The notes under the pieces were generated by a model. The model was not told where the DNA came from. It ran no database searches and was given only the letters and a program-made list of their open reading frames with translations. The translations under genes and the position numbers were made by a program. A DNA stretch of 64,000 nt, from the NCBI GenBank assembly GCA_019828565.1, contig JAHDYR010000036.1, positions 1 to 64,000 on the forward strand, in the 5' to 3' direction. Shown piece after piece: positions 28,954 to 41,951 of this stretch. The DNA is from Carpediemonas membranifera BICM (lineage: Eukaryota > Protista > Fornicata). Positions within the stretch are counted from its first letter, which is position 1. Each line of letters starts with the position of its first letter.

Positions 28954-30870
28954 ATGGCAGAGAAAGCCGACCTGTCCCCGGGGTCCCCAGGGCCCGAAAC
29001 CGGCCGCCCAAACGAGGGTGCATTCTGCTGGCGCTCCTGCAGCGCCGGCTCGCGCCATATCCGTGGTGCTCGCCCCGCCGTCAGGCCAACCCTCCGGTCA
29101 CAGCACGGCCCCGCCACGGACGGAAGCATGCAGCAACCGCCACCCGGCTCGCGTGCAAGCCTGCCTCGGGCAAAAACGCCCGCAAGGTCAAGCGAGCTGG
29201 CGCACGCCCGGCCAAGGACCCTGCCCGCCGGCCCCCGAGGTCCAGGGCGGCCATCTCGGAGCCCGAGTTCTCCCCCTCCGGCACCGCTGACAACCTGGTC
29301 GGCTCGTCGGACACGGCCATGGTCGCGGATGAATCCCCCGGCATGTGCGTGCCGCTGTTAGGCGGCGCCAGTCCCAGCGGCGACCGCATCGCGGGAGACC
29401 GAGATGAATGGAAGCGCCAACACCCGAGGTGACTGTGCCTTTGAGGCCGTGGGCAGGCTCATCGCAGGGGAAACCGTCGCACCCCACCCTGATGTGCTCG
29501 ATAACCTCTCCCGGGTCGAGGGTTTCAATGCGGTCACGTATATGTCGTGTGTATCCATGATGGACTCCGGCTCCATCAGGGACTGTGCCATCCACGGGCT
29601 GAAAGCCTACATACTTACTGCTGCCTCGCCCGACCCCCGCCCTTGCCGAACAGCTTGAGAAGTTCGAGAGCCAGGACGCAGCTTGCGACGCCAGGGCCGT
29701 CGTCTTTGTGCTTCGTGAAGCTGGCCTCATCACGCCCACTACGACCGTCATGATGAGAGCAGAAGCCGGCTGGAGACGTCTATCCGGCGACGGCTGGCTG
29801 GGGATGGCTACCGATTGCGACTGCTCAGACATCAGGATGTGCAACGCCCTGGGTCACCTGATTTGACTCTGGGGCCTGGTCGCGGCCCGCATGGTGGTGC
29901 AGGCCATCCTGGCTGACCACCGCCTTGGCAGCTGCATCGTCACCAAATGCTCACCGTGGTCGCCGACAGACTCCCGCAACCGCCCAGGCGTGGCTTGCGC
30001 GTGGGCGAAGTCCGTGGTCCATGACCTGACAGTCGCCCCCTGCGACATGCAGTCCGTCCATTACCACCGGGCCGTGGGCGGGGCTGAGGGGGAGGCCATC
30101 TTCAAGCTGGTTTTCATTGTTCCTCCGACCGGCACCGTAGCAGAGCGGCAGGAGAAGGCGAAGTGCTTAGCCAAGCGACTGTACGTCTTCCCATATGCCA
30201 CCGCAGAGGCAGTCAGGCGCGGTGACCCCGTATGGAGCGTCGACACGAGAATTCTCGCCCAGGCAGACGGAACGGACCGCAGGTGCCTGCCCCTGGCCGC
30301 CCGCATCGTCCCGTCCCTGGCCCCCTGATTCAGGATGCTCCAATCCCCGGAGGGTCCAAGTTCACGAGTGAGGGGGCAGGCCTCATCGGTGACTTGGCTC
30401 GAGCCGCCACCTTGGGAGACGCCCGCGTTGCCTTGACCAGGCTGGGGGAGCTGCCCCTCTCGCTCATCACTAAGCGCGGTGGGAAGAACGGGAGAGCCAG
30501 TCGCGAGGTTAACCACAACATTCAGGCTGGGCCCAATAGGTTGGCGCTCGGCGCCCTCAGACCGGCGCCCGCATATAGCAGGGCGAAGCGCGCTAGCCGG
30601 CACCTGATGATCACTGAGCCGGAAAGTTATTGAGGCGGCGGTGAGGCACTATATCCCCGAGCTGCTCCCGTACCTCAGGACGTGCTACTCTGGGGTGTCT
30701 AGGGTCTTCTTCAGTGACACGTTCGCGGTGGAGTGCAAGACAGGCGTCCACCAAGGCGACCCGCTCGGACCCGCCCCGTTCATGATCGGGATCCGTCCGA
30801 TTTTGCTGGCCGCTGCTCAACACTACCACCCCTGCAAACATGCTGGCATGCCCCCGGCCCCGCCCGCCAT
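28954..30870 (+). mobile_element. Degenerate non-LTR retrotransposon remnant (CRE/NeSL-like RT fragment, OTU-like motif)
   Basis: PELLPYLRTCY...GVHQGDPLGP..F at about 30655-30800; GDCAFEAV at about 29428; multiple stops and frameshifts. Boundaries approximate. Confidence 0.7.
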
Positions 30871-31752
30871 GGTCTGACGCGGGGAGAGGGAGCGAGACCG
30901 TGGACCTGGTCGGGGTGGGGCCCGGGATCGACTCGGACAGCGGGGCGGGCGTGGGGGCGACGGGGTCGGTCGGATCAGGGTCGACGGGGGTCGGCTTGAT
31001 CGCCGGCTCGGGCTCTGGGGCTGTACTGCCCGTTGTTGGGTCAACAGCAGGGTCGGCCTCTGAGTCTGGGGCCTCCTCAGCAGGCCTCGTCTGTCCCCTG
31101 GCGGGCCCGGGGAGGGACATGTCGTTCACCTCGGCCTTCATATTCGCATGATCGTCATCGATCTCAGTGTCCGATGATGACTCCTCGACCCCGACTCCAA
31201 CCTGAGTCTCGAACTCGGCCTCAGCCGATGTGGGCTTACTGAGGCCTTGCCGGAAATCATTGCTGCAATAGCGTCTGCCACAGCCTTGGGCCGACCCCTG
31301 TTCGCCCACTCGGCCTGCAGCTGGAGCATCAAGTCTGCCAGCGTCGTCTCGTGCCAGTCGACGGACTCAAGGTTCGTGTGAGTTACCGTAGCGTCCTGGG
31401 ACAGCGCCACACGTACTTGCTGGCTAGTCTGCACCTTGGCGTCATGCACGACGGGCGACATGGCGAACTCCTGCTGGTTGAAGATGTTGGTGGCAACGAA
31501 TGATGTTTGCTCTCTGAACGCCTCTTCAGATATGTGAGCGGATGGTTCGCTATGGGACTCCTCAGTGCCGTCTATGTGCACCCTCTCGATGTCGTCCATG
31601 CCATATACGACGAACAAGGGAGTAGGGCGAGTGAGGTTGGAATCAGGGGCTGTTTCTTCCGTCCAAGAGACGAAGTACCAGAGAATAGAAAATGAGCACC
31701 TTTCTATACCAGTGGGAAACATACTCCTCAATTTTGACATGGAATCGTCCAT
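30870..31752 (-). pseudogene. Frameshifted hypothetical gene with acidic and Pro-rich tail
   Basis: ORF 31752-31138 shifts into the frame of 31309-30611 near 31230 and runs into the RT remnant. Confidence 0.4.
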
Positions 31753-32345
31753 TAGTAAAGCTTTGAAGCGGGAATCGGTCCGATCTGTGATGTAGAGAGC
31801 ATTGCTACGCTGGTTATCTGGAACTCGACCAGCTTAGGTAATTCTACCAAGGCTTTCGCCCGACAAGCGTGCATTTTAAGCTGACAGAGTGAGACTGTCA
31901 TTGTGTCCGGATTGTGCAGCTTATGCGCAGGTCGGCTGGGTGCCGCACATAAAGCCTTGGACAACGCTCTGTTGCAGGGAGGCAAGAGTTTCAATCATTG
32001 AAGGAGCTGCGCGCTTTAGATCAGGGTACTGTCGAATTAAGCACAGCCACGGAAGCACAAATATATCAGCGGCGCGTCAGACTGACCGTGGTAACTCCTT
32101 GCCCTTGAGGCCAGGTCAACGCTTGGATAGTTGTGCGATGAATAATGTGCAGCTGTGCGCGGCAGGAGCGGGCGCATCACATGTGGGCAATTCTGGCAAA
32201 TGGAAATGAATGACGAAAATGACCCCCCATGGGTGTGACTCACAGATAGGGCTCCACGCCGCGGGCTGCCCTTCCGCATACATTCGCCGACCGCCAGCAG
32301 CTGCTGGGTCGTCCAAGTGTATCATCTAGGCTCACTGTCCTAGGT

Positions 32346-32529
32346 CCATCTGATGTCCCGCGGCAGTATCACACCACCCGCGCGCTCCTAGCTAGAGCCC
32401 GGGTTCCGCGCCGTGCAAGGTGGCGCGGATGTCCCGGCGCAGCAAGTGGTATTGGGCCAGAGGCCAATGCAATACCACGGGTCCGAAGACGCCGTGGCGC
32501 ACAGCTAGGATTTTGACATCATTAGATGG
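32346..32529. ncRNA. Candidate structured RNA or fold-back element
   Basis: Nested stems: CCATCTGATG/CATTAGATGG, TCCTAGCT/AGCTAGGA, TCCGCGCC/GGCGCGGA, GTGGTATTG/CAATACCAC, GTC-CGAA-GAC. Confidence 0.45.
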
Positions 32530-33175
32530 TGGCGGACTTATCTTGTGCCGCTCCAGGGTCCCGTCGGCGCACCTGATTGATGTTGTTTAGTTCGGCACAA
32601 AGAAGTGACCGAAACTGAGAGAGCGAGGAATCGTGATCTAGACGTGTTAGATGAGCAGCATACACAGATATAGCAGCAGAGGTGCTTGGAGCGACTATAT
32701 TCGTGTGCGCGAAGAAGCGGTGTGAAAAAAGTGGCGTATTCTGCGCGGCCATCTCGATGACGGCAGACGTTGCATTCAAGGCTGCGGGCAGGGTAGTGAC
32801 ACTCTATTTGTGCCTAGTAGCTGAGCTTACGCCAGTGGGTGCGGGCTGAGGGTGGATTGAGTCAAACTGAGTCGTCAATTTCGACGACTCCAGAAATTAA
32901 GGTTGGGAGTTTAAAGAATAAAGATGGGTCAGCCGTCCTGTATGAGCTTCTCTTACAGTGCAATTGTGTGAGTTTCAGCCCTCCTTAATCTCTATTCGCC
33001 ATGTTCGACACGCTACACCCTCCCGAGGGTCAGCGTGCGAAGCCGGTGTTCACCCAATGTCTAATCCAGCACTTGATTTACTGTATACAACACTGTAAAA
33101 GTATTGTGCCCCTGGCATCCAATGCCTGGGGGATTTGATTATCTCTCCCTCACTGCCACCAAATATCTAGATCAG

Positions 33176-34315
33176 TCAATAGGCATGGATGAAATCAATG
33201 CTCGGGGGGTCAACCTTAGAGACCCTGCTATAGCGACCGCGAGCATACTTCTTGCTGGCCGCCGCGCCCTCAGTGCCCTCGTCAGACATGGGGCAGCTGA
33301 CCCAGAGGCTGTGGATAGCGATTAGGCAGTCCTTCATGTCGCCCACACCGTACCCCGTGTAGTGCTGCATCGTGGCGTCCCAGAACTCACCCGTGGTGGC
33401 CATACGGGAGAGTGCGACCGAGGAGGCGGCGACCATGGAGGGGAGGAAGCGCATTAGCTCAGTGGAGCGCTGGCAGAGCTCGGTGAGGTAGGCCGAGAGC
33501 AGGGCCGTGTTGACGCTCGAGTCGGCGACGTGGCAGTAGCGCTTGAGGAACGTGCGGGCTGTGGGAGCAGTCAAGCCTTCCCAGTCGAGGGTGTTGAGGA
33601 TCTCGCGCTCCATCGCGCGGATCTGGTCGCACGTGTAAGTGTCGTCTGTGATGTAGGCGAAGTCATCGCATGGAGGCGCAATACACTCCTCGTACTTCGC
33701 CGCAATCCAGATGGCGCTGACACCAACGAGTTGGAGTCTATCGCGGGCGATCTCACGTCGGGTCAGGAATCTGTGCATGAGGTTGATGGCGAGGAAGTAC
33801 GTCTCCGTCTGGAGCTTGTACTCAACCGCGACGTCAAGGAGCCAATCGGCGACAATGGTGACCATTTTGGGCTGAAGGCAGCGCTGGAACGAAGTGGTGT
33901 AGTCCTCGATCTGGCCGAACTGGCGCTCCTGTTGCTGGAGGTAGGCCATGATACGGGGGGCGTACTCCGAGCAGAACAGGTCATTCTTGCAGTTGGCGCC
34001 GTCAACGTCGCGGATAGGCTCCTCTGTATCGAAGAATTGGTCGCCGAACGCCGAGGTTCGGAAAACATCCGAGGCCAAATGAGGGGGTTCCTGGCTAGCT
34101 TGGCTCATCTGGGTCTGAGTGAAGAGCTGATGGCGTTCAGGGGCCATCTGCTGACTTTCCTGGATCATAACCTGGGCCTTAGGCTTCGAAACGGGCATGT
34201 TCTTCTTGTTCTGCTCAATATAAGCGGACTTTTGCTAAGTAAGAACAGCAGTACTCTTATTATCACGTACCTGAACGAAGTGCTGAGGAATAGAGGAAAA
34301 AGAAGGGAAATTCAT
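33176..34315 (-). CDS. A/B-type mitotic cyclin; predicted 36-nt intron 34235-34270
   Basis: Cyclin box IVADWLLDVAVEYKLQTETYFLA, LQLVGVSAIWIAAKYEE, FAYITDDTY; a GTACGT...TAG intron joins ATG 34315 in frame. Confidence 0.95.
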
Positions 34316-34610
34316 CGCTAGCTCGCTTGTTGTCGCAGTGAAAAATTTGACAAATTTCTCGGCACCAGTTTTCCCGCAAAAATCTGATGTGGGTGTTGAT
34401 GAATGCCCATGCACGGGCTCAGGCAAGGCATTCATAACCACTTGAGCCGTCCCGATTCCGTTCCAGGCCCGTGTTGAGCCGTGGGCCGAATCTGCAATTC
34501 TCGTTGAAGATTGCCTAGAAGTTTTGACTTGCGGTAACTGGAGCCACCATCCTATCAGAAGCATTAAACGAGCTCAGATTATGGCGCTACATGATTTATA
34601 TAACTGTAGG

Positions 34611-35678
34611 TCACTCCAAGGCCCACAGAGCCCGACCCTGCCGCTGGGCTTGCATCCGCAATTCTTTCAAAAACACACTATTCGCCCTCATGCAAAGCCT
34701 CCTAGGTCCAGGAGCAGCTATTATATTAAACTGCAGTAAATCAACAGCCCGGGCAAGAGACATCGGCATGGTTGACCCCCCTGATGTGGGCGGGGCCACC
34801 TGCATGGGCGCAGGCTGGGCCTCGACCCCCACAGCCCGGTCCCGGAGCACCTTTCGCTCGCGCTGGGTCAGGCCTGGGAAATCTGTCCTCAGTTCTGAAA
34901 TGAAAGCATCAAATGACCTCTCCTTGGTGACGCCGACGGGGTCGGTCTGCATGCGGTGCTCGAGCTCAGCAAGCTCGGCCAGGAGCTTAGTAGCGACCAT
35001 TCCAGAGAGAATAGAATCATCCCTTTCCTTCGTTCTCACGCATGCCACGAAATCGAGTATGTCTCGTGGTAATGAGGCCCTGAGCTCATCCACGGCATAC
35101 CCAGGCAGGAGGGAGCGGTATGCAGCTACAGTCTCTATCAGCTCGGCCTGTGTATCCAAGACCTGCTGCCGTATAGCGGCCGATATGAGGTAGATCTCGC
35201 TGCCCTCCATGTTGTACCGCATGGCGTTGTCTGGCACGAGGAGCGCGTCAGAGATGAACTGCTCAACGGTGCTGTAGTGGTGGGAATCCACCTTATCAGT
35301 CATTGTCCCGAAGTCCATGGGGCGCTTGATGACTTGGAAGTACGCTGGCGCAATGTCTTCGGTGATCGGGCTCGAGAAGAGGCCGTACTGATCAGTCTCA
35401 CGGAGACGGTCGAGTACGTTGTGAAAAGCTGTGTGGAGAGCTTTGATGGCCTCAGCTTCATTCGTGGGAACTGCTGGAACTGCATCCTCTTTCATTTTTG
35501 GTGTATCGGGCGCCTTTTGTTCCTCTTTCTCGGCTTCAGTGGGACTTGCATCTAGCTTCATGTGTCCATCAGCCTGGCGTTTGATGGTTATCATCTGCTG
35601 CCAAAGCGCACATCCCCAGTGTCCAAAAATGCACGTCGCCTCGCCACAGTCATGGGTCGTCGCCCTCCACGACGCCAC
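34611..35678 (-). CDS. Bromodomain protein (ends uncertain)
   Basis: DQYGLFSSPI...APAYFQVIKRPMDFGTM...NAMRYN. Confidence 0.88.
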   Translation of the reverse strand: MASWRATTHDCGEATCIFGHWGCALWQQMITIKRQADGHMKLDASPTEAEKEEQKAPDTPKMKEDAVPAVPTNEAEAIKALHTAFHNVLDRLRETDQYGLFSSPITEDIAPAYFQVIKRPMDFGTMTDKVDSHHYSTVEQFISDALLVPDNAMRYNMEGSEIYLISAAIRQQVLDTQAELIETVAAYRSLLPGYAVDELRASLPRDILDFVACVRTKERDDSILSGMVATKLLAELAELEHRMQTDPVGVTKERSFDAFISELRTDFPGLTQRERKVLRDRAVGVEAQPAPMQVAPPTSGGSTMPMSLARAVDLLQFNIIAAPGPRRLCMRANSVFLKELRMQAQRQGRALWALE

Positions 35679-35791
35679 AAGAGAGGCGAAACATCCTTAT
35701 AAAACCGTCTGATCCTACCTGAGCAAACGTCGTTCCTCCAGGCGCCCGTCCGACTGTAGCGAGTGATTTACCATTGACACATATATACAGC

Positions 35792-37231
35792 TCAGAGGGT
35801 GAGGCCCTCCATAATCCTGGCTTCTAGCCGCTTCATCCTCCTCTGTACTTCGCCCTGGTCTGGCGCGGTGAGCCCCTCCGTCTGCATCGTGGCTGCGAGG
35901 ATGCCCATGTCCACGCTGGCATTAACAGGCACTGGTGACGGAGGCTGCGATGGGGTGGGTGTCGGGGTCGACGAGCGGTGGCCCTGAGGCGTCACGCGGC
36001 GCAGGGAGAGGCTGTAAACACGGTCCCGGTCGTGCGGAACGTCAGGCAGACACGATGCGCTGCGTCTGCCCGTCTGCTCACGGCATTGCAAGGCCGTGCG
36101 AATCCTGTCGGCAACGTCCTTGACAGTGAGGTGAGTGTCAGTCTCGTTCAACTCAAACTCGGCTAGAAGCTCCTGTGCCACAGACTCGGGCGTGTCGGTC
36201 GTCTCGTCGTACTGGAACTCAACCGAATGCGACTCTCCCGCGATGCTCAAGCTGATACATACCATCGTTGTCCCGTCCGGCAAATACTCCACATGGTCAT
36301 CTGATGTTGGGGACACATGGCCGCTCTCGATAGCGGCGGGGGAGACACGCCCACTCTCGGCGGCTGCTGGGGATCCAGCCGTTTGGACGCCCGAGATGAG
36401 GGGGTGGGTGGCGAGCTCTTCGACTGAGGGGCGGGTGTCGCGCGGGCGAAGGCAGCGCTGGATGAAGTCCCGGACAGTTTCGTCGGAAACGAGTGCCAGA
36501 GACGTGGGAGGAATGCCCTGGGAGACCTTCTTGTACACCTGAATCGCGTTCTCACACTCAACATAAGGATACTCGCCTGTGACCATCTCGAGGACGCACA
36601 TCCCGAACGAATAGATGTCTACGCCTTCATCGTATGCCTCCTCATACATCTCAGGGGCCATGAACTCCGGTGTACCGATCACAGACGCGGCATGGGATGT
36701 GCGTAGGTATGTGGAGAGCCCGAGGTCGCCGATCTTGACCTCGCCGTGGTTTCCGTTGATGAAAATGTTATCGCACTTCAAATCACGGTGAATGATGACG
36801 GGTTCGTGGCCATGGAGGTATCTGAGGCCCGAGATGATCTGACGGCAGTACTTGGAGATGACGTTGAGCCGCACACCCTTCACACGGGAGATATATTGGC
36901 GCAGGGTGCCGGAAGACATGAACTCGGTGATAAAAATGATGTAATTCTGGTCGTCAGTCGTCCAGGCGTCGTAGAAGTTGATGATGTTGGGATGCTTCAG
37001 GCTTCTCAGCAATTCTATCTCTCCAAGAAGCTTCAGCGTCTCAGACTCATTCAAATAGTTCACCCTGAATTGATTCCACGCAACTTCTATTCCTTCTTCG
37101 TGGTCAAAAGCTTTGTAAACGGCTTTGAACGCGCCGTGTCCGAGAAGCTGCTCCTCGTACTTCTCGAAACGCTCAGCATTTTCTGATCCTCCAAACCTGG
37201 GGGCAGAGGTTAACATTCCGCTTGCTAACAT
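35792..37231 (-). CDS. WNK: WNK family Ser/Thr kinase
   Basis: GHGAFKAVYKAFD...EVAWNQ, HRDLKCDNIFING, VKIGDLGL, GTPEFMAPE. Confidence 0.96.
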   Translation of the reverse strand: MLASGMLTSAPRFGGSENAERFEKYEEQLLGHGAFKAVYKAFDHEEGIEVAWNQFRVNYLNESETLKLLGEIELLRSLKHPNIINFYDAWTTDDQNYIIFITEFMSSGTLRQYISRVKGVRLNVISKYCRQIISGLRYLHGHEPVIIHRDLKCDNIFINGNHGEVKIGDLGLSTYLRTSHAASVIGTPEFMAPEMYEEAYDEGVDIYSFGMCVLEMVTGEYPYVECENAIQVYKKVSQGIPPTSLALVSDETVRDFIQRCLRPRDTRPSVEELATHPLISGVQTAGSPAAAESGRVSPAAIESGHVSPTSDDHVEYLPDGTTMVCISLSIAGESHSVEFQYDETTDTPESVAQELLAEFELNETDTHLTVKDVADRIRTALQCREQTGRRSASCLPDVPHDRDRVYSLSLRRVTPQGHRSSTPTPTPSQPPSPVPVNASVDMGILAATMQTEGLTAPDQGEVQRRMKRLEARIMEGLTL

Positions 37232-37641
37232 TGCCACGGGAACGTTGGAGCTCAGAGAAACGAACGTGCAGTTTAGACGCCATGCCATAAACTGCGCTTA
37301 TGTTTCCACAGAATTGGTCACGGCTTGAAGGCTGAATGCAACCATTCCAGGTCCCCTTCAGTTCATTCCCGGCATCACTTTTTAGACAGGCACTGGAGAC
37401 AAATCCCTCCGTCAATGCTGACCTATCATTCACTCAACCCACAGTGCATCCCGAGTCGCCTGACGACCACAGTCAACACGGACAAACGTCTGAGATATGA
37501 TGACCATATGATTCGAAATCGAGCATTTCTGCGCAAATCTGTCGAAACGTCAAACGGCTCATAGCGTATAAAGCAACGCCGGGAGACTCACATTGGGCAG
37601 TGGATACCATCATACAAGCTAATTATAATAAATTAAGTTTA

Positions 37642-40600
37642 TCAATGGTGGCCCTTCATGACCGGAATATTCTGGATTGTCCTGGCATTCGGCGCCTTAG
37701 AGACTTTCCTCCCGTTGAGCACCCCGCTCACCGCCCCGTCAGTGCCAATGGTGGGGCCGACAGCGAAGTCGCCGCCCAAGCTGAAGTGCGGCGCCGCGTC
37801 CATGGACGACCCAGCGACTGTCAGGCCAAGCTTGTTGTCGAACGCAAGTGCAGTCATTTTGACCACCCTCATCTCTCGGGTCGGCACCGCCTGGCCCGTC
37901 CGCTGGGCATTGGTCAACTGCCGTGCCTTGAGTCGATCTTCCGGACTCACAGGCTCCCCGTCAATGCGCGTTAGTCCCGGCATGGCACTGAGCAGGGCGG
38001 CAGTGCAGAGGTGCTTCCGAGTAACTGGGTTGTTGGCGACCTTGACTTCAGATACCATGGGGCAGATTGTCAGGCGGGAGAACTCATTGACGTCTCCGAT
38101 CCGGTTGTCTGCCAGCGACAGGGTCGTCAGCTTCCCGAAGGACGGGGCAGGCTCGGGGTTGGGTGGGCCCGACAGCGCCCTGAGGCCGTTGTGCTCCACG
38201 GTGAGGACGCTGAGGTTGCTCGTCTGGGCGATGGCTCTGAGATCCAGCGATCGGATCTGATTATGGTTCAGGTCAAGCACGTCCAAGGAGGTCAAATAGC
38301 CCAAGGCCGTCGGGTCCAGTGTCGCTATCTGGTTGTGGGCGAGGTAGAGCCGGTGTAGTCGGGGCAGCTGGTCCCACGGCCCCGCGATGGAGGAAAGCTT
38401 GTTCCCACTGGCGTTGAGGAACTTGAGGCGGGGGCAGCGCGCCAGTCCTGCGCCTGCGAGGGACTCGAGCTTGTTGCTACTGACGTCCAGTGTCTCCAGG
38501 TAGGGCATGGCGTCCATGTCGGCCAATGAAGTGATACTGTTCCCATGCAAGTCAAGTCTGACAAGCGCCGTGAGTGCCCCGATCCCGATGGGCTCCCTGA
38601 TGGCGCAATCAGTGAGACTGGCCTCGAGGACCTGATCAAACGGCCGTCGGCCAACCCTTGATTGGAGGAACTCTGCTGTGACCCTCCCTTCGAACGTCGC
38701 CCTCGCCCGCCTGAGCTCTGGACCATCAACACCCAGACCGTCCAGCACCTTGAGCTTGGCCCCGTAGTACAGTGCGAATAGTCGGTAGTCTGCTGACTTC
38801 ACGACAGGGTTGCCCGCGGCGTCAAGGATGATCAGCTGACGGAACCCGCGAAGGGTAGAGAAGGCCCCGAGCTCTCTGATCTCGTTGAAGCCGAGATACA
38901 GCTCCAGCAGGGTCTCGAGGGGTGGCACCTCATGGAATGACCGCAGACGGTTGAACCCCGCGGCCAGGAAGGTCAGCCTGAGCCCTAGTAGCGGTGCTAG
39001 GGTGGTCAGGTGGTTCTGCTCGACGTCCAGGCGTGTCAGATTGGGCATTGCGGCGAACCACTCGGACTTCAGCTCTGAAAGCCCGTTGCTCTTGACGACA
39101 ACCTCCTCGAGTGAAGTCAGACTCTCAATCGGGTCAAGATTGGTCAACGCGTTTCTACTAACAACGAGGCGCTTGAGACAACATGCCCGTTCGATCCCGG
39201 ACAATGCTGTCAGACCACAGCCGGAGAGATCGAGGTCCACGACACATCGAAGCGAGAGTGATGCTGAGGGAGAGGCCTGACAAAGGGGGCCCGTGAGGCC
39301 GGGTGGAAAGATGTTGGACGTCCGTTGTACGGGGGCGAGCATCTGACGGATGCTTCGCTTGTAAGAGTACGCCGAGCCTGAGACCATCCCGATGGTGGGG
39401 GGACGCTGAACAGGTGCGGTCTCGACCCCGTCGATGACGACGAGAGCCGGCACCAGCGCCTTGATGAGCACCGCCGCCGAGTCCAGTCGTGCAAGGAGGT
39501 TCCCAGCGATCGACAACTCGGTAAGGCGGGGCGTGTGGTCCGCCAGCCCGATGATGTCGCATGGAGCGGTGAGCAAGTTCCCCCTGGCATGCAGGGCAGC
39601 AAGCGTCGGGCTGACCACCGTGTTCAGCCGTGACAGGGCGTTGTAGGAGACGTCCAGCTCGACAAGCGTGTTGGCGAGCCGGCCGAGCACTATGTCGTGC
39701 AGGGCGTTCCACGAGACGTTAAGCCTCGTCAGCTTGGGGCAAAGCTCGTCGAGGCCGACCAGAGTTGTCAGTCCGACCCCTGATAGTGTCAGATCTGTCA
39801 GCACAGCGCCGGGTGAGGGGAGATCGTCGGCCAGTGGTGCACGCATCGTCGGTGGTTTGAGCTGGAACAGCCCTGCGGCTGTGGACAGCAGCGGCCTCAT
39901 TGGAGCGAGCTCGGGGGCCTCGGAAAGGGTGGCTAGCCTACCCATGGGCATTGTAGCAGGCGTCTGGCCGCACTCCTGGAATACGTACTCGACCTCCGCG
40001 ATGTACTCGGGCAGAATCACAGCTGTGTCGAAGAAGTAGTACGCCCGCTGCTTCGGGTCGTCGGGCTTGGTGATGTAGACGGCTGGCCGGTCCTTCTGTG
40101 GCGTCACATGGGGCGCGGACCAGCCCAGTGTGTTCGTGCACACCGGGGTGATATCGGGGTGGGGTTGGACGTCGCCAAGGTGGACCTTGCACACAAGCAC
40201 TGTCGAGCGGAACGGTTTTGTCTTATCGGGACAGCTGGCGATTGCATCGATGTCGCACGCGGCAGTCGAGTTCGACAACACCACTGCCGGGTCGAACCCG
40301 AGCTGTGTAAACGCCGTGACGTCCGGCATCCCGTGCTCACACAGTGACAAGAGGTCGGGTGTCGCCTCGTGGCGGCCCAAAAAGAGGTACTCGAGGCCTT
40401 TCTTCGCCTCTTTGGCATCCCCCGCGTATTTCTCGAGAGCTGCCTCGAAACCAAGCCTCATGAAGCGGTGCTGGAGCCGCATAACCGAGGTCACGCGGAC
40501 GCCTCTAAGACCAGCGCGGGCGGCGTCAGTGGCGGATATCCTAGACGTGACGAGGTCGACACAGCTCTGGAACCACGGAGTCCCGGCCTTACCCCGCTCG

Positions 40601-41846
40601 AGCCTCACGTTGCCGCCGGTGTCGAGCTCGACCAGATGCGCCTGTATCGCTGTCTTGACTGACTGCCGCAGGCCTGTTAGTGAGTGCGCAGCGGCGGCGT
40701 GTGCGGCGTTGATAGCGCTGTCTCGGGCTCTTAGATCCGTGCCCACGCCTACAACGGCGGCGGCCACGTCCATCGCGGCCCATTCCTTGATCTGGTTCGA
40801 TGCTGCGATGAACGTCCGGTCAAGGATCTTGGATCGCATGAGATAGTACATCCGCTTCTTGATATACGTTGCTTCGGCTGCCTGCCTTGTCTCGACGTCC
40901 ACGGGGCTGCCGTCAAGAACCTGTAGTGTTCGCAGGTTATACACTGTGTACACGGAGTAGTTGCACAGCCGGCTAATGGGGGATGGCTTCGCCATGGCGT
41001 CGTCTAAGGAGAGGGAGATGAGAGACGTCATTGCTCGTAGCTTTGGGATCTCACTAAACGAGCTCAACTGGTTGCCGGAAATATTGAGCTCGAGAACATG
41101 GCTATACGCCTCGAGAACATCCGCATCAAGTGTCGCGATGCGGTTGCTGGCGACGTTGAGACATCGCAGCGAGGGAAGCTTTCTCGACTCGATAGTCGTG
41201 AGTCGGTTGCATGCCATGGAGAGCACCTGGAGCGAGGTCAACCCGTCCACGCCCTCCATCGTCTCCAGCCTATTGTCGTTGAGATAGAGGCGCTTCAACT
41301 CTTTGAGTCCAGAGAGATGAGACGCCGACGTCAAGCGGTTGTCACTCAACCACAAGGCATGCAGGTTGACGCACTGCCCGATGGCTGCCGGGATCTCTGT
41401 TAGCTGGCACTTCATTACAGAAAGGCTGCGGAGTGTGGGGGCAAAGAGCTCAAGGCCGCCGCCCCGGAACTTGGAGACGAGGAAGAGAGAAATTGACCGA
41501 ATACGGGAGGGTAGCGTGTTCTCGTAGGGATCAGTGACCGCTTCCACGCGTGCAGGGGCGTTCGTTGCGTCGTTATGAACCCCGCTGGAACGAGTTGGGC
41601 GGCCTCGGAACGAAGACTTTGCAATGGTTGTCTTATTCACAGGGGATACAACTTGATTACACGGAGCATTCGATGCCTTATCTACTTCCCAGTCCTCCAT
41701 CGTTGGTTCGTCCACCTCAAATGCTTCGAGTGGAAACATCGTTGCGGGGTCCTCGGGAAAGCCGTTGTACTCACACTGTGTAAAAGCACTCTCTTGCCAC
41801 GTACTATTCGGCGGAAATCATCCCGAATGTCCTCCGGGATGTCCAT
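37642..41846 (-). CDS. Leucine-rich repeat protein, LRRC9-like; predicted 29-nt intron 41776-41804
   Basis: Three LRR blocks, LCNY..Y..YNL..L..LD, KKRMYY, ELDTGGNVRLE.G...WFQSC.DL, ILPEYI; a GTACGT...CAG intron links ATG 41846 in frame. Confidence 0.88.
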
Positions 41847-41951
41847 GATTTTGTCGGCGACGCAGTTCAGGCGAAGAACCCAAAACTGAACATCACCTCC
41901 GCAAGTTCAGACACGCACAGCTGCCTCTACATCCCGCTGTCCGCACGTTGT

